Part shown: one piece after another, positions 28,805-41,170 of the stretch
Layout: the number at the start of each line of letters is the position of its first letter
Position numbering within the stretch: position 1 is the stretch's first letter
Origin: an uncultured Deinococcaceae bacterium
GTDB taxonomy: Bacteria; Deinococcota; Deinococci; Deinococcales; Deinococcaceae
Assembly (NCBI GenBank): GCA_964252075.1
Contig: CAXULY010000001.1
Coordinates: forward strand, 183,787-247,786
Length of the DNA: 64,000 nt
Direction of reading: 5' to 3'
The notes under the pieces: model-generated
Databases searched by the model: none
What the model saw: only the letters and a program-made list of their open reading frames with translations
Told to the model about the DNA's origin: nothing
Translations under genes and position numbers: made by a program

Positions 28805-29024
28805 GGATCCTCCTGGACTGGCGGTCTGAATCTATGCGGCGACATGCCCCCGGTTGAAGGGCAGCGCGAACAGAGTGTGGACTTCCAGCGACGCACACTA
28901 TATGCACCCCTGCATGAAGCGTCAAGAGAAAAACAACGTGGCGACCCTGCTTTTCATCATATGCCCATGGGTAAAAGGGTAATGGGGGCGCCACTTGGAC
29001 GCCCCCATTGCCACCGAACGCTCG

Positions 29025-29249
29025 TTAGCGCGACACGACGCTGATCAGCAGGGCGATCAACATGAAGGCCGCCCCAAGAATGCTCGTGATGCGCACGAGT
29101 CCGCCCTCCATGCCGCGCCCCCCGAAAAGGTCGCCGCCGCCACCCAGGCTGCTGGACAGGCCAGCCTGCTTGGGCGTCTGGAGCAGCACAAAGAACACCA
29201 CGCCCACGCACAGCAGGGCGAGCAGAATCACGAGGATGGTCAGCAGCAT
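29025..29249 (-). CDS. secG: Preprotein translocase subunit SecG
   Basis: Two TM segments; VLLQTPKQAGLSSSLGGG..LFG, LVRIT. Confidence 0.9.
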   Translation of the reverse strand: MLLTILVILLALLCVGVVFFVLLQTPKQAGLSSSLGGGGDLFGGRGMEGGLVRITSILGAAFMLIALLISVVSR

Positions 29250-29320
29250 AGGAACCTTCACTTTCGTGAACGAAGGAGGTGCTCCTCCGTCCGGGCGCCA
29301 CTCGCGCCTGTCTTTTCAGG

Positions 29321-29403
<83 letters not shown>

Positions 29404-29445
29404 ACAGCTCGCCCCGGGAACAGGGACAAGCGAAATGGTAGCAGA

Positions 29446-30705
29446 TCAGGCCGGGCGCAGGCCAGCGTTCGCGCCGATCCGGAACCCGATGTCCCGCCGG
29501 TACTGCGCGCCCTGGAAGCCGGTGCGCTCCACGAGCGCGTACGCGTGCGCAAGCGCGGCTTCCAAGTCGGGCCCGAGGGCCTGCACGGCCAGCACGCGCC
29601 CCCCGCTGCTCACGAGCTGATCGCCCTGCTCGGCCGTGCCCGCGTGGAACACCGTCTCCCCCACCCCTACCTCGGGCAGGTGCAGCGGAATGCCGCGCGT
29701 GGGCTCGCCCGGGTACCCGGGCGCGGCCATGACGACCACGGCGCTCGCCCCGTCCGCCACGCGCACGTCTGCCGGGTCCAGGTGGCCCTCCACGCAGGCG
29801 AGCGCGAGCGCCGCGAGGTCCGAGGTGAGGAGCGGCAGCACCGCTTCCGCTTCCGGGTCCCCGAAGCGGCAGTTGAACTCCACGACCTTCGGACCATCCG
29901 GCGTCAGCATCAGCCCCGCGTACAGCACCCCCACAAAGGGCGCGCCCTCCGCACGCAGCGCCGCGAGCGTCGGCGCGATGATCTCGCGCTCCGCGCGCTG
30001 CAGGTCCTCAGCCGTGAGGGGGTACGGCGCGATGACGCCCATGCCCCCCGTCATGGGGCCCGTGTCGCCATCGAAGATGGTCTTGTGGTCCTGAGCGGCG
30101 GGCAGCAGCGCGAACCGCTCGCCGTCCGTCAGGGCCAACAGCGTGACCTCCTGACCGGTCATGAAGGCTTCCAGCACCACGCTCGCCTGCGGCTGCGTGA
30201 AGATGTCCCGCACCGCCGCCTCGGCTTCCTCCGCGCGGTGCGCGATGGTGACGCCCTTCCCCGCGCGCAGGCCCGCGTCCTTCACGACGATGGGAAGCGG
30301 GGCGTCCCGGAGGTGCTCCAGCGCGGCCGTCCGGTCCGTGAAGCTGGCGTGCGCGGCGGTCGGGATGCCGTGGCGCTGCATGAGCGCCTTCGCCCAGGCC
30401 TTGTCGCCCTCGATGCGGGCGGCGGCGGCGGTCGGGCCGAAGGCGCGCAGGCCGCGGCGCTGGAAGGCGTCCACCACGCCCGCCACGAGCGGCGCTTCGG
30501 GGCCGACGATGGTGAGGTCCGCGCCCTCCTGCGCCGCGAGGTCCGCGAGCGCCTCCGGGTCCTGTGGGGCATGCACGCAGCGCGCGAGCGCCGCGATGCC
30601 GGGGCTGCCGGGCGTGCACAGCACGTCCGTCACGCTGGCGCTGCGGCGCAGGGCCTGCACGATGGCGTGCTCCCGCCCGCCGGAACCGATGACCAGCACG
30701 CGCAT
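29446..30705 (-). CDS. purD: Phosphoribosylamine--glycine ligase
   Basis: VLVIGSGGREHA, VGPEAPL, AGKGV, QDHKTIFDGDTGPMTGGMG, EFNCRFGDPE, GGRVL. Confidence 0.97.
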   Translation of the reverse strand: MRVLVIGSGGREHAIVQALRRSASVTDVLCTPGSPGIAALARCVHAPQDPEALADLAAQEGADLTIVGPEAPLVAGVVDAFQRRGLRAFGPTAAAARIEGDKAWAKALMQRHGIPTAAHASFTDRTAALEHLRDAPLPIVVKDAGLRAGKGVTIAHRAEEAEAAVRDIFTQPQASVVLEAFMTGQEVTLLALTDGERFALLPAAQDHKTIFDGDTGPMTGGMGVIAPYPLTAEDLQRAEREIIAPTLAALRAEGAPFVGVLYAGLMLTPDGPKVVEFNCRFGDPEAEAVLPLLTSDLAALALACVEGHLDPADVRVADGASAVVVMAAPGYPGEPTRGIPLHLPEVGVGETVFHAGTAEQGDQLVSSGGRVLAVQALGPDLEAALAHAYALVERTGFQGAQYRRDIGFRIGANAGLRPA

Positions 30706-30781
30706 CAGGCGCGCACCGAAGGAGGAAGGTCTGTCATGGCGTTCATTGCACCTTTTCAGTGGGGGGTGAGGGACGGCCTGT

Positions 30782-31690
30782 TTAGAAACGCGTGCGGGCC
30801 CACTCGTCCGCGGTGGTGTCCAGGGCCGCCTGCACCTGCGCGCTCAGGCCGAGCGGCGCCGCGCGGTCCAGCAGGTCGCCACCCGCGGCCCACGCGGCGT
30901 GGCGCGCCTCAAGGGGATCGAGACGGGTCCAGGCGAGGCGCAGATCGTCGGTGTCCAGCGCGAGGGTGGCGGTCGGGTGCCGGTCGCCCGACAGGGCGGC
31001 GGGAATGGCGTCCTCGGCCTGCCACAAGCGCAGGAGGCGCGCGGCGCGCACGCGGTGGGCGCTCGCCGCGACCGCCAGGCCGAATTCCGCGTCCACCGCT
31101 TCCGGGGTGGGGCGCGGGAAAGCGAGGCCGCGCAGCAGCAGGCGCACCGCCTGCGGGTACGCCTCGTGCTCGGCGGGCAGCAGGCGCGCCGCGAGGTCCG
31201 CCTCGGTGTCGCCCGGCTGCACCGGCACGCGCTTCTGCAGGACCGTTTCGCCCGTGTCCATGCCGGCGTCCACGAAGTGCACGGTGCAGCCCGCCCACGC
31301 GGCGCCCGCCGCGAGCGCCTGCGCCTGCGCGTGCAGGCCGGGAAAGTCCGGCAGGAGGCTGGGGTGGATGTTCAGGATGCGGCCCCGCCAGCGCGCCGTG
31401 AAGTCCGGCGAGAGCAGCCGCATGAAGCCCGCGAGCAGCACGTGCGTCACACCGTGCGCGGCGAGCAGGTCGCCCGCCTGCGCCTCGAAGGCGTCCCGCC
31501 CGGCCTTCAGCCACGGGATGAACGCGGCGGGCAGGTCCGCTTCGCGCGCGCGGTCCAGCGCGGGCGCGTCCTCCTTGTTCGACACGACCAGCGCGACTTC
31601 CTGCGCGCTGCCGGGCGGGAAGGCCGCGAGGAGACTCGCGAGGTTGCTGCCCCGCCCGGACGCCAGCACCGCGAGGCGCGCAGGCGTCAA
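30782..31690 (-). CDS. purN: Phosphoribosylglycinamide formyltransferase with a C-terminal extension
   Basis: LASGRGSNL, LAGFMRLL, LNIHPSLLP.FPG, GCTVHFVD..MDTG, EH..YP. Confidence 0.92.
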   Translation of the reverse strand: MTPARLAVLASGRGSNLASLLAAFPPGSAQEVALVVSNKEDAPALDRAREADLPAAFIPWLKAGRDAFEAQAGDLLAAHGVTHVLLAGFMRLLSPDFTARWRGRILNIHPSLLPDFPGLHAQAQALAAGAAWAGCTVHFVDAGMDTGETVLQKRVPVQPGDTEADLAARLLPAEHEAYPQAVRLLLRGLAFPRPTPEAVDAEFGLAVAASAHRVRAARLLRLWQAEDAIPAALSGDRHPTATLALDTDDLRLAWTRLDPLEARHAAWAAGGDLLDRAAPLGLSAQVQAALDTTADEWARTRF

Positions 31691-32592
31691 GCGTCCCCCC
31701 GCCGCGCGCGTTTCGTCCAGTAGCGGGTGAGGCCCTGCACGCTCATCCAGGCGGGGCTCGCGAAGGCGAAGCGGTGCGGCAGGTCCGGGTCCTGAGCGGC
31801 GAGGTCGGCGTTCAGGTCGGTCGTGAAGCGCTGGGTGATCGCCTCCGCATCCTGATTTGCCTCCAGGCCCTCACGCACGCGCGCGGCATCCTCCTCCATG
31901 CTGGTCAGGAGGCCGTCCCAGTGCGTGTCCGACGCAGCGTAGCTGCCGTAATGCGCGAGGTGCACCTGCCGCGCGCCGAGCGCGCGCAGGCGCGCGACGC
32001 TGTCCCGCCACGCCTCCAGGTCAATGTCTGGCGGGGGGGTGGGCGCGCGCGGCGTCTGGCGTTCGATCAGGCGGATGCCGCCCACGTCCCCCACGAAGAG
32101 GTCGTCGCCCACCCTGTACGCGAGGTGGTGAATGGCGTGCCCAGGCGTGTAGATGGGGCGCACCTCCACGCCACCCAGGTCCAGCGTCTCGCCGCCCTCC
32201 AGGGCAACCAGCTGGGGTTCGGGCACCGGGCGCATCTCGCCCCACAGGCGGTCCATGTGCTCGCCGTAGATCTGCCCGGCGCTCGCGAGGAGCCGCTCGG
32301 GGTTCGCGAGGTGGCGCACACCGCGCGCGTGCACGTACACCCGCGCGCCCGTGCGCGCCGCGATGAGGCCCGCCGCGCCCGCGTGGTCGAGGTGCACGTG
32401 CGTGAGCAGCAGGTGCCTCACGTCCGCAAGGTCATACCCAAGTGTCCGCAGACCTGCCTCGAGCGCGGGCAGGGTGCTGGTGGGGCCCACGTCCACCAGC
32501 GCGAGGCCATCCGCCGCGCGCAGCACGTACACGGCGATCACGCCCGGCACGCCCTGGAAGTGCAGGTCAATGGTGCGCGGTGCGGGGGCCAT
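31687..32592 (-). CDS. MBL-fold metallo-hydrolase
   Basis: VDVGP, LTHVHLDHAG, TPGHAIHH, VGD, PTPPPDIDLEAW. Confidence 0.9.
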   Translation of the reverse strand: MAPAPRTIDLHFQGVPGVIAVYVLRAADGLALVDVGPTSTLPALEAGLRTLGYDLADVRHLLLTHVHLDHAGAAGLIAARTGARVYVHARGVRHLANPERLLASAGQIYGEHMDRLWGEMRPVPEPQLVALEGGETLDLGGVEVRPIYTPGHAIHHLAYRVGDDLFVGDVGGIRLIERQTPRAPTPPPDIDLEAWRDSVARLRALGARQVHLAHYGSYAASDTHWDGLLTSMEEDAARVREGLEANQDAEAITQRFTTDLNADLAAQDPDLPHRFAFASPAWMSVQGLTRYWTKRARRGDA

Positions 32593-32765
32593 CAGGCGCG
32601 GCCCATCAGGCGGGCGCCCGCGAGCAGCAGCGCCAGCAGGAACTGCACGAGCGCCACGGTGCGCAGGGCGTTCGCCTGCGGCGCGACCTTCAGCGGCCCC
32701 CACGCGAGCATCGCCACGAAACTGGCGGAGAGGAGAATCAGCACGACAAAGACCCACAGCCACAT
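32592..32765 (-). CDS. Small two-TM membrane protein (57 aa, below the ORF-track cutoff)
   Basis: MWLWVFVVLILLSASFVAMLAWGPLKVAPQANALRTVALVQFLLALLLAGARLMGRA; TAGACT 6 nt before ATG; its TGA overlaps the next ATG (TGATG). Confidence 0.75.
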   Translation of the reverse strand: MWLWVFVVLILLSASFVAMLAWGPLKVAPQANALRTVALVQFLLALLLAGARLMGRA

Positions 32766-32788
32766 GCGCCGAGTCTACCGTGCGTGCG

Positions 32789-33136
32789 CTAGTCGCGCGG
32801 GCGGGCGGACAGCGCGACCAGCGCGTCGTAATCGTCCGGCTGGTCGGGGTCGTCGAGGGCGGCCTTGTTGCGCCCCACGAAGCCGCAGCGGGCGCAGCGG
32901 TGCACGATCATCCAGCCTTTCTTCGGGTGGCTCTCCACGCCGACCGGCACGAGCAAGCCGTGGCAGTCGCTCGCGCGGTCGCCGGGGAACACGTCGAGGT
33001 GCAGGCTGTGCAGGCATGCGGGGCAGTGGTTGCGCACGCTGCCGTTGCGCAGCGGCTGCACCTCCACGCCGCAGTGCGCGCAGGTGAAGGCCGTGTTGGT
33101 GCCCTGAACGGTGAAACGCCGCGTCACATGAGGCAT
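32789..33136 (-). CDS. RNHCP domain protein
   Basis: FTCAHCG, RNHCPACLHSLHLD.FPGDRASDC.G, HRCARCG, NKAALDD. Confidence 0.9.
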   Translation of the reverse strand: MPHVTRRFTVQGTNTAFTCAHCGVEVQPLRNGSVRNHCPACLHSLHLDVFPGDRASDCHGLLVPVGVESHPKKGWMIVHRCARCGFVGRNKAALDDPDQPDDYDALVALSARPRD

Positions 33137-33177
33137 TGGAGCATAAGTGGCGCGGCGCGATGGGAAGCTGCGTCCGG

Positions 33178-34032
33178 TTAAGTGAGGCGCACCTCGGCCC
33201 GCCGCTCGCGGCGCACCCAGGTGGTGATGGTGTCCGGCACGCGCAGGTCCGGGTGCCCGGCGAGGCGCGTGAGGGCGGCGTGGTCATCGCTCAGGAGGGC
33301 GTCCGCAACCTCATCCACGAGGGCGAACTGCGCGTCCGTCAGGTCCGCGAGGGGCGTGCCGATGAGGCCCCAGTCGTCCCACAGCAGCAGTTCCCAGCCG
33401 GTCAGGGCCGCGAGTTCGCGGATCACGTAGGCGCGCACGAGGCCCGGGCCGCGCAGGAAATCTGGCGCGTCCGGCGCCACGCCGTACGTGGTGGCGTCCG
33501 TGCGGCCCGCCCGGTACGCGCGCCACACCTGCGCGGCGGTCTCGAAGACGCCTTCCGGCAGGTCGAGCGGATTGAACGGGAAGTGCGCGGGGTCCAGCTC
33601 CGGGTCCACGCGCACCCAGCGCTCGCCCGACCAGAACTCGGCGATCACGTGGTCGTGCTGGAAGTCCGGCCGGAAGTAATGCGCGAAGCCCACGCGGCTG
33701 CGGGCGGGCACCCCGTGCTCGCGCAGCGCCGCGACGAACAGCAGGGCGTCGTCGCGGCAGCAGCCCACGAAGCGCTCCTCCAGGGGGCGGTCCTGCGTGA
33801 GGGGCGCGCGCCGCCCCGCGTGCAGCTGAGCGAGGATGTCCGCGATCCAGCGCGTGTCGGGTTCCCCCAGGCGGTCGTCCGGGATGCCGGGCGTCGCGCG
33901 GTAGTGCGCGGTGAGGCGGCGGATGGTCGCGCTGAGTTCCGCGGGGTCCGTCGGGTAGGCGCGCAGGGCGCCGGCCATGCGGCCGGGGTTCGTGATGCGG
34001 GTGTGGCGCGCGTACGCGTGGGGGTCAGTCAT
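33178..34032 (-). CDS. Transglutaminase-like domain protein
   Basis: GCCRD, ARSRVGFAHYF, DHVIAEFW, WVRVDPE (Cys-His-Asp triad pattern). Confidence 0.85.
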   Translation of the reverse strand: MTDPHAYARHTRITNPGRMAGALRAYPTDPAELSATIRRLTAHYRATPGIPDDRLGEPDTRWIADILAQLHAGRRAPLTQDRPLEERFVGCCRDDALLFVAALREHGVPARSRVGFAHYFRPDFQHDHVIAEFWSGERWVRVDPELDPAHFPFNPLDLPEGVFETAAQVWRAYRAGRTDATTYGVAPDAPDFLRGPGLVRAYVIRELAALTGWELLLWDDWGLIGTPLADLTDAQFALVDEVADALLSDDHAALTRLAGHPDLRVPDTITTWVRRERRAEVRLT

Positions 34033-34879
34033 GATGCGCCTCCGGGAGGTCCGTGATGGGGTACGCGATGTGGCAGAAGGGGTCGTCCGGCGCGAGGCCC
34101 TGGGGCGGGCGCCAGTACACCTCGCGCGGGGAGAGTGGGCACGTGAGGTGGCGCTCCCGGATGGCCGCCGCGACCGCGTCATACGCCTCCAGGATGTCCG
34201 GGAAGCGCGTCTGCGCGAGGCTGGTGGTGGCGTAGAGTTCCCGCCGGGCGGGTTCCTCGCGCGCGCGGATGTCCCCGCTGGTCCGCAGGGCGCCGCCCTC
34301 GAAGGGCACCGCCACCTCGACGGGGCCGTCGTTCTCGTGGTCCACCCGGCCGTGGAAGATCACGTAGTGCTCGGGGCCAGGCGTCAGGGACTGCCCGGCC
34401 AGCGCGTCGTACAGGCGCCCAACAGCCTCCATGGTGAAGGGCACCAGATCGGGTACCTGCACCCGCCGCTCGATGGTGGCGAGTTGCTGGGCGGGCATGA
34501 GGCGCTCCTGAATGGCGTACTCGGTCATGGTTTCCCCCGTGAGGAGCCGCTCGATGTGCGGCATGAGTGCGGCCTGCTCGCGGTGCAGGCGCTCGCGCTG
34601 CGCCCAGAGCAGGCGCAGGCGCAGGGCCGCCGCCCGGCCCTGCAGCTCCAGCAGGTCGCGGATGTCCGCGAGCGGCAGGTCCAGGCGCCGCAGCAGCGCG
34701 ATGCGCTCCGCGCGCTGCACCTGCGCCGGGTGGTAGGAGCGGTAGCCGCTCGCGGGGTCCACGCGGGCGGGCGCGAGGAGGCCCAGGTCGTCGTACAGGC
34801 GCAGCGCCTTAAGGCTCAGGCGGGTGAGGCGCGCGAAGGCGCCGATGGAGAGGAGGTGGTCCGTGCTGGTCTCGGTCAT
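34025..34879 (-). CDS. MerR family transcriptional regulator with a GyrI-like effector domain
   Basis: LSIGAFARLTRLSLKALRLYDDLGLL.PARVDPASGYRSY; C-terminal VEVAVP, PREVY. Confidence 0.92.
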   Translation of the reverse strand: MTETSTDHLLSIGAFARLTRLSLKALRLYDDLGLLAPARVDPASGYRSYHPAQVQRAERIALLRRLDLPLADIRDLLELQGRAAALRLRLLWAQRERLHREQAALMPHIERLLTGETMTEYAIQERLMPAQQLATIERRVQVPDLVPFTMEAVGRLYDALAGQSLTPGPEHYVIFHGRVDHENDGPVEVAVPFEGGALRTSGDIRAREEPARRELYATTSLAQTRFPDILEAYDAVAAAIRERHLTCPLSPREVYWRPPQGLAPDDPFCHIAYPITDLPEAHHD

Positions 34880-34897
34880 GCGTCCCCGGGTGAGGTC

Positions 34898-34928
34898 AGT
34901 GTGGGACCTCACCCTGGGGGAGGGTCAA
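34898..34928 (-). promoter_or_regulatory. MerR-type promoter with a 19-bp spacer and dyad operator
   Basis: TTGACC (34928-34923), 19 bp CTCCCCCAGGGTGAGGTCC, CACACT (34903-34898). Confidence 0.75.
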
Positions 34929-34933
34929 GCGCT

Positions 34934-36097
34934 TCAGCCCCTGGCGTTCAGGACGAACAGCGTGTCCTGGCGGCGCGAGAGCCACTCCAGGCCGCCTTCG
35001 CGCACCACCACGTCCTCCTCCAGGCCCACGAAGCCGTACCCCTCCACGAAGGTCCCGAGTTCCATGGTGTACACCTCCCCCACCTGCACGCGGCCCTCGG
35101 GGAGGGGCCCGTAGCGCGGCCAGCGCGGGCCGAGCAGCGTGCCGCCGTCGTGCGTGGCGCGGCCCAGGCCGTGCCCGAGCGCGTGCAGGTACTCCGGGTA
35201 CCCGGCGGCGGTGAGGCTCGCGCGGGCGGCGGCGTCCACCTCGTGGCCCGCCACGCCGGGCTTCAGGGCCTGCGCGCCCGCCTCGATGGCGCTCCAGCAC
35301 GCCATGAAGGCCGCCTGCACCACCTCCGGCACGCCCTCGCCGGGCCGCGGGAGGAACGCGGTGCGCTGGATGTCCGAGCAGTACCCGTGTGGGAGGCGCA
35401 CGCCGTAATCGATGTGCAGCAACATGCCGGGCGCGAGCGCGCGCTCGCCGGGCGGCGCGTGCGAGGGCCGACCGTGCGGGCCGATGTGCACGTTCGGGCA
35501 GGCCGCCCAGCCCCAGGAGGGCTCCACGCCCGCCTCGCGGCACAGGGCGTGCAGGAAGTCCGCGACCTGCCGCTCGGTCCAGCCGGGGCGCACGGTGCCG
35601 CGCAGGGACGCGAGGTGGTCCTCGGCGAGCGAGACGGCCTCGCGCACGGCGGCGTGCTCGGTGGGCGTCTTCACGGAGCGCAGGGCGCCCAGATGCGCGG
35701 CGGCGCTGTGCAGTTCGGTGCCGGGCAGCAGGTCCTGCAGACGCAGGTACAGGCCGTGCGTGAGGCCGTCCGCGAGGGGATCGTCGGGCGCGTAATCCAC
35801 CAGCACGCGCGTGGGGTTCAGGCGCGCCACCTCGCCCGTCAGGAGCGCGCGCACGTCCTGGTCGTAGGGCCGGACCGTCCAGCCGCCCGGGACGGCGTCC
35901 GCGTCGAAGCGGCCAAGGATCGCGACCGCGTCGTCGCGCGTCACGAGGAAGAAGGCCTCCCACGTCACGTCCAGCCCCGCGACGAGGTGCAGGCCCGGCT
36001 CGGGGCGCTCCCCGGACTCGCGGGCGGCGATGAGCCACAGGTCGCCGGGCGCGAGGGCCGCCTGCGCCTGCGCCAGCTTCTCGGCGTGCAGGGTCAT
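34934..36097 (-). CDS. M24 family (Xaa-Pro) peptidase
   Basis: IDYG, GYCSDIQRT, HALGHGLG..THD, TME.G, LEEDVVV. Confidence 0.92.
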   Translation of the reverse strand: MTLHAEKLAQAQAALAPGDLWLIAARESGERPEPGLHLVAGLDVTWEAFFLVTRDDAVAILGRFDADAVPGGWTVRPYDQDVRALLTGEVARLNPTRVLVDYAPDDPLADGLTHGLYLRLQDLLPGTELHSAAAHLGALRSVKTPTEHAAVREAVSLAEDHLASLRGTVRPGWTERQVADFLHALCREAGVEPSWGWAACPNVHIGPHGRPSHAPPGERALAPGMLLHIDYGVRLPHGYCSDIQRTAFLPRPGEGVPEVVQAAFMACWSAIEAGAQALKPGVAGHEVDAAARASLTAAGYPEYLHALGHGLGRATHDGGTLLGPRWPRYGPLPEGRVQVGEVYTMELGTFVEGYGFVGLEEDVVVREGGLEWLSRRQDTLFVLNARG

Positions 36098-36173
36098 GCC
36101 GCCATCATAGGGGCCAAGAAACGCTCAAGCCGCTCCGCTGACAGGCGGCAGGGGGAATGTGCAGCATGGGCGT

Positions 36174-36374
36174 ATGCCTTACCGCCTCACGATGGAAGTG
36201 CAGAACGAAACGGCCGTGGAGCGCTTCGCGCAGGACTTCGACAGCGTCGAGGACGCGCGCGCCTACGCCGAGCAGCAGGTGAACGGCGACATCTTCTGGA
36301 CGGAGCGCGACACGCACTTCGACGGCCTCGCGCCCGGGTACGCCATCCGCATCGAGGAGACCGCCGCGGAGTAA
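36174..36374 (+). CDS. Small acidic hypothetical protein (66 aa)
   Basis: MPYRLTMEVQNE...; fills the intergenic gap with typical codon usage. Confidence 0.65.
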   Translation: MPYRLTMEVQNETAVERFAQDFDSVEDARAYAEQQVNGDIFWTERDTHFDGLAPGYAIRIEETAAE

Positions 36375-36384
36375 GGCGCGGCCC

Positions 36385-36663
36385 TCACAGGAACTGCTTC
36401 GCGAAGAACACCACGACCAGCCCCAGGAGCGCCGCGAGGGCCGCGACGCCCAGGCGGCGGTCACGCCGCCAGCCCGCCACCATCACGTACAGCGCCGCGA
36501 GGACCGGCACCAGCATCACCCAGCCCACCCCGATGAGCGCCAGGGGCGGCCACAGCACGCTCACGAGCAGCAGCCCGAGCGCCACCCAGAAGCCCGCCGG
36601 GTACAGCCACGCGGGCAGGCCCGCCTGCTCGCCCTCGGGCGCGGCGTTCGGTGGGCGGCTCAC
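36385..36663 (-). CDS. Small membrane protein (about 3 TM), TauE-associated
   Basis: GTG overlaps the TGA of the upstream gene; [20 protein letters not shown]...[14 protein letters not shown]. Confidence 0.7.
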   Translation of the reverse strand: MSRPPNAAPEGEQAGLPAWLYPAGFWVALGLLLVSVLWPPLALIGVGWVMLVPVLAALYVMVAGWRRDRRLGVAALAALLGLVVVFFAKQFL

Positions 36664-37415
36664 GCGGGCCACCAGTACTTGTACAGCAGCTGCAGCGCCG
36701 TGAACACCAGCAGCAGCGAGAAGAACAGCTTCAGGCCGTGCGCGGGGATGCGGCTCTGCAGGTTCGCGCCCGCCCGCGCGCCCACCAGCACGCCCAGCGC
36801 GACGCCCGCCGCGAGGCGGAAGTCCAGCAACCCGCCCGCCTGGTACACCAGGGCGTTCGCGACGGCGGTGAGGCCCATGATGAAGGTGCTCGTCGCGATG
36901 GCCTGACGGATGGGCACGCCGCCCAGCAGGTTCAGGACGGGAACCTGCACGGTGCCGCCCCCAATGCCGAGCAGGCCCGACATGACGCCCGCGAAGGTCA
37001 TGGCGGGCGGCACGAGGCGGCTCGGCTCGCGTGCCTGTTCCTCGCGCCGAAGGCCGCGCAGCAGGCTGTACGCGCTGTACAGCAGCAGCAGCGCGAACAC
37101 CGTAGCGACGACCTTGCCGGGCAGCACGAGGCCCAGGTAACTGCCCAAGGCGCCGCCCACGATGGTGTAGGGGCTCAGCAGGTACCCGGTGCGGGCGCGC
37201 ACGAGGCCCAGGCGCAGGTAACTCGCGGCGCCGCTCAGGCCCACCGCGAGCACCCCGATCTGGCTGATGGCGACGGCCTGCTGGATGCTGAGCGTGTGCC
37301 CGAACAGCGGCGCCACCCACTCCAGCGCCGGCACCACCACCACCCCGCCCCCCAGGCCCAGGATGGCGCCCAGCACGCCGGCCAGCAGGCCGACGGCAAT
37401 CACCGCGAAGATCAT
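36660..37415 (-). CDS. Sulfite exporter TauE/SafE family protein
   Basis: [13 protein letters not shown] and [14 protein letters not shown] repeats, AIATS. Confidence 0.9.
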   Translation of the reverse strand: MIFAVIAVGLLAGVLGAILGLGGGVVVVPALEWVAPLFGHTLSIQQAVAISQIGVLAVGLSGAASYLRLGLVRARTGYLLSPYTIVGGALGSYLGLVLPGKVVATVFALLLLYSAYSLLRGLRREEQAREPSRLVPPAMTFAGVMSGLLGIGGGTVQVPVLNLLGGVPIRQAIATSTFIMGLTAVANALVYQAGGLLDFRLAAGVALGVLVGARAGANLQSRIPAHGLKLFFSLLLVFTALQLLYKYWWPA

Positions 37416-37453
37416 GGCGGTCAGGCTAGCACGCGGCCCGCCGCCCGCACCGC

Positions 37454-38212
<759 letters not shown>

Positions 38213-38389
38213 GCAGGAAGTGTACCTGCCCGGGAGGCGCGAACGGCGCGCGCCGACCCGCCAGGCACCGCGACGTCCCCGCGATGGCCTGGCACGCAGG
38301 CGCGCGGGCCGGGCCTTTCTGCAGCCCGGCGGCCTGTGCCCGTGGCCCTCGCCCGCGCGCCGCCTCCCCCGGCGCTACAATGCCGCGAG

Positions 38390-39814
<1,425 letters not shown>

Positions 39815-39908
39815 CCCCTGTCACCATTCGGGTAACGACCGGCAATTCCGCCCTGCGCGCCCATGTGCGCGTGGGGCGCTCTGATAAACTCAGCCTACAG
39901 GAGCGACT

Positions 39909-41042
<1,134 letters not shown>

Positions 41043-41057
41043 ACGGCGTTCAGCTGC

Positions 41058-41091
41058 GCGGGCGAAGCCCTGTGCTTCGCCCGCCTTTTTT
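41058..41091 (+). terminator. Intrinsic terminator of the citrate synthase gene
   Basis: GCGGGCGAAGC-cctgt-GCTTCGCCCGC followed by TTTTTT. Confidence 0.85.
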
Positions 41092-41170
41092 GCGCTGCTG
41101 GAGCGCGTCGGCGCTCACCGGCGCGACTGTAAGACGTGTGTGAGGACGCGCTGCCTAAGCTGGCGGCGTC

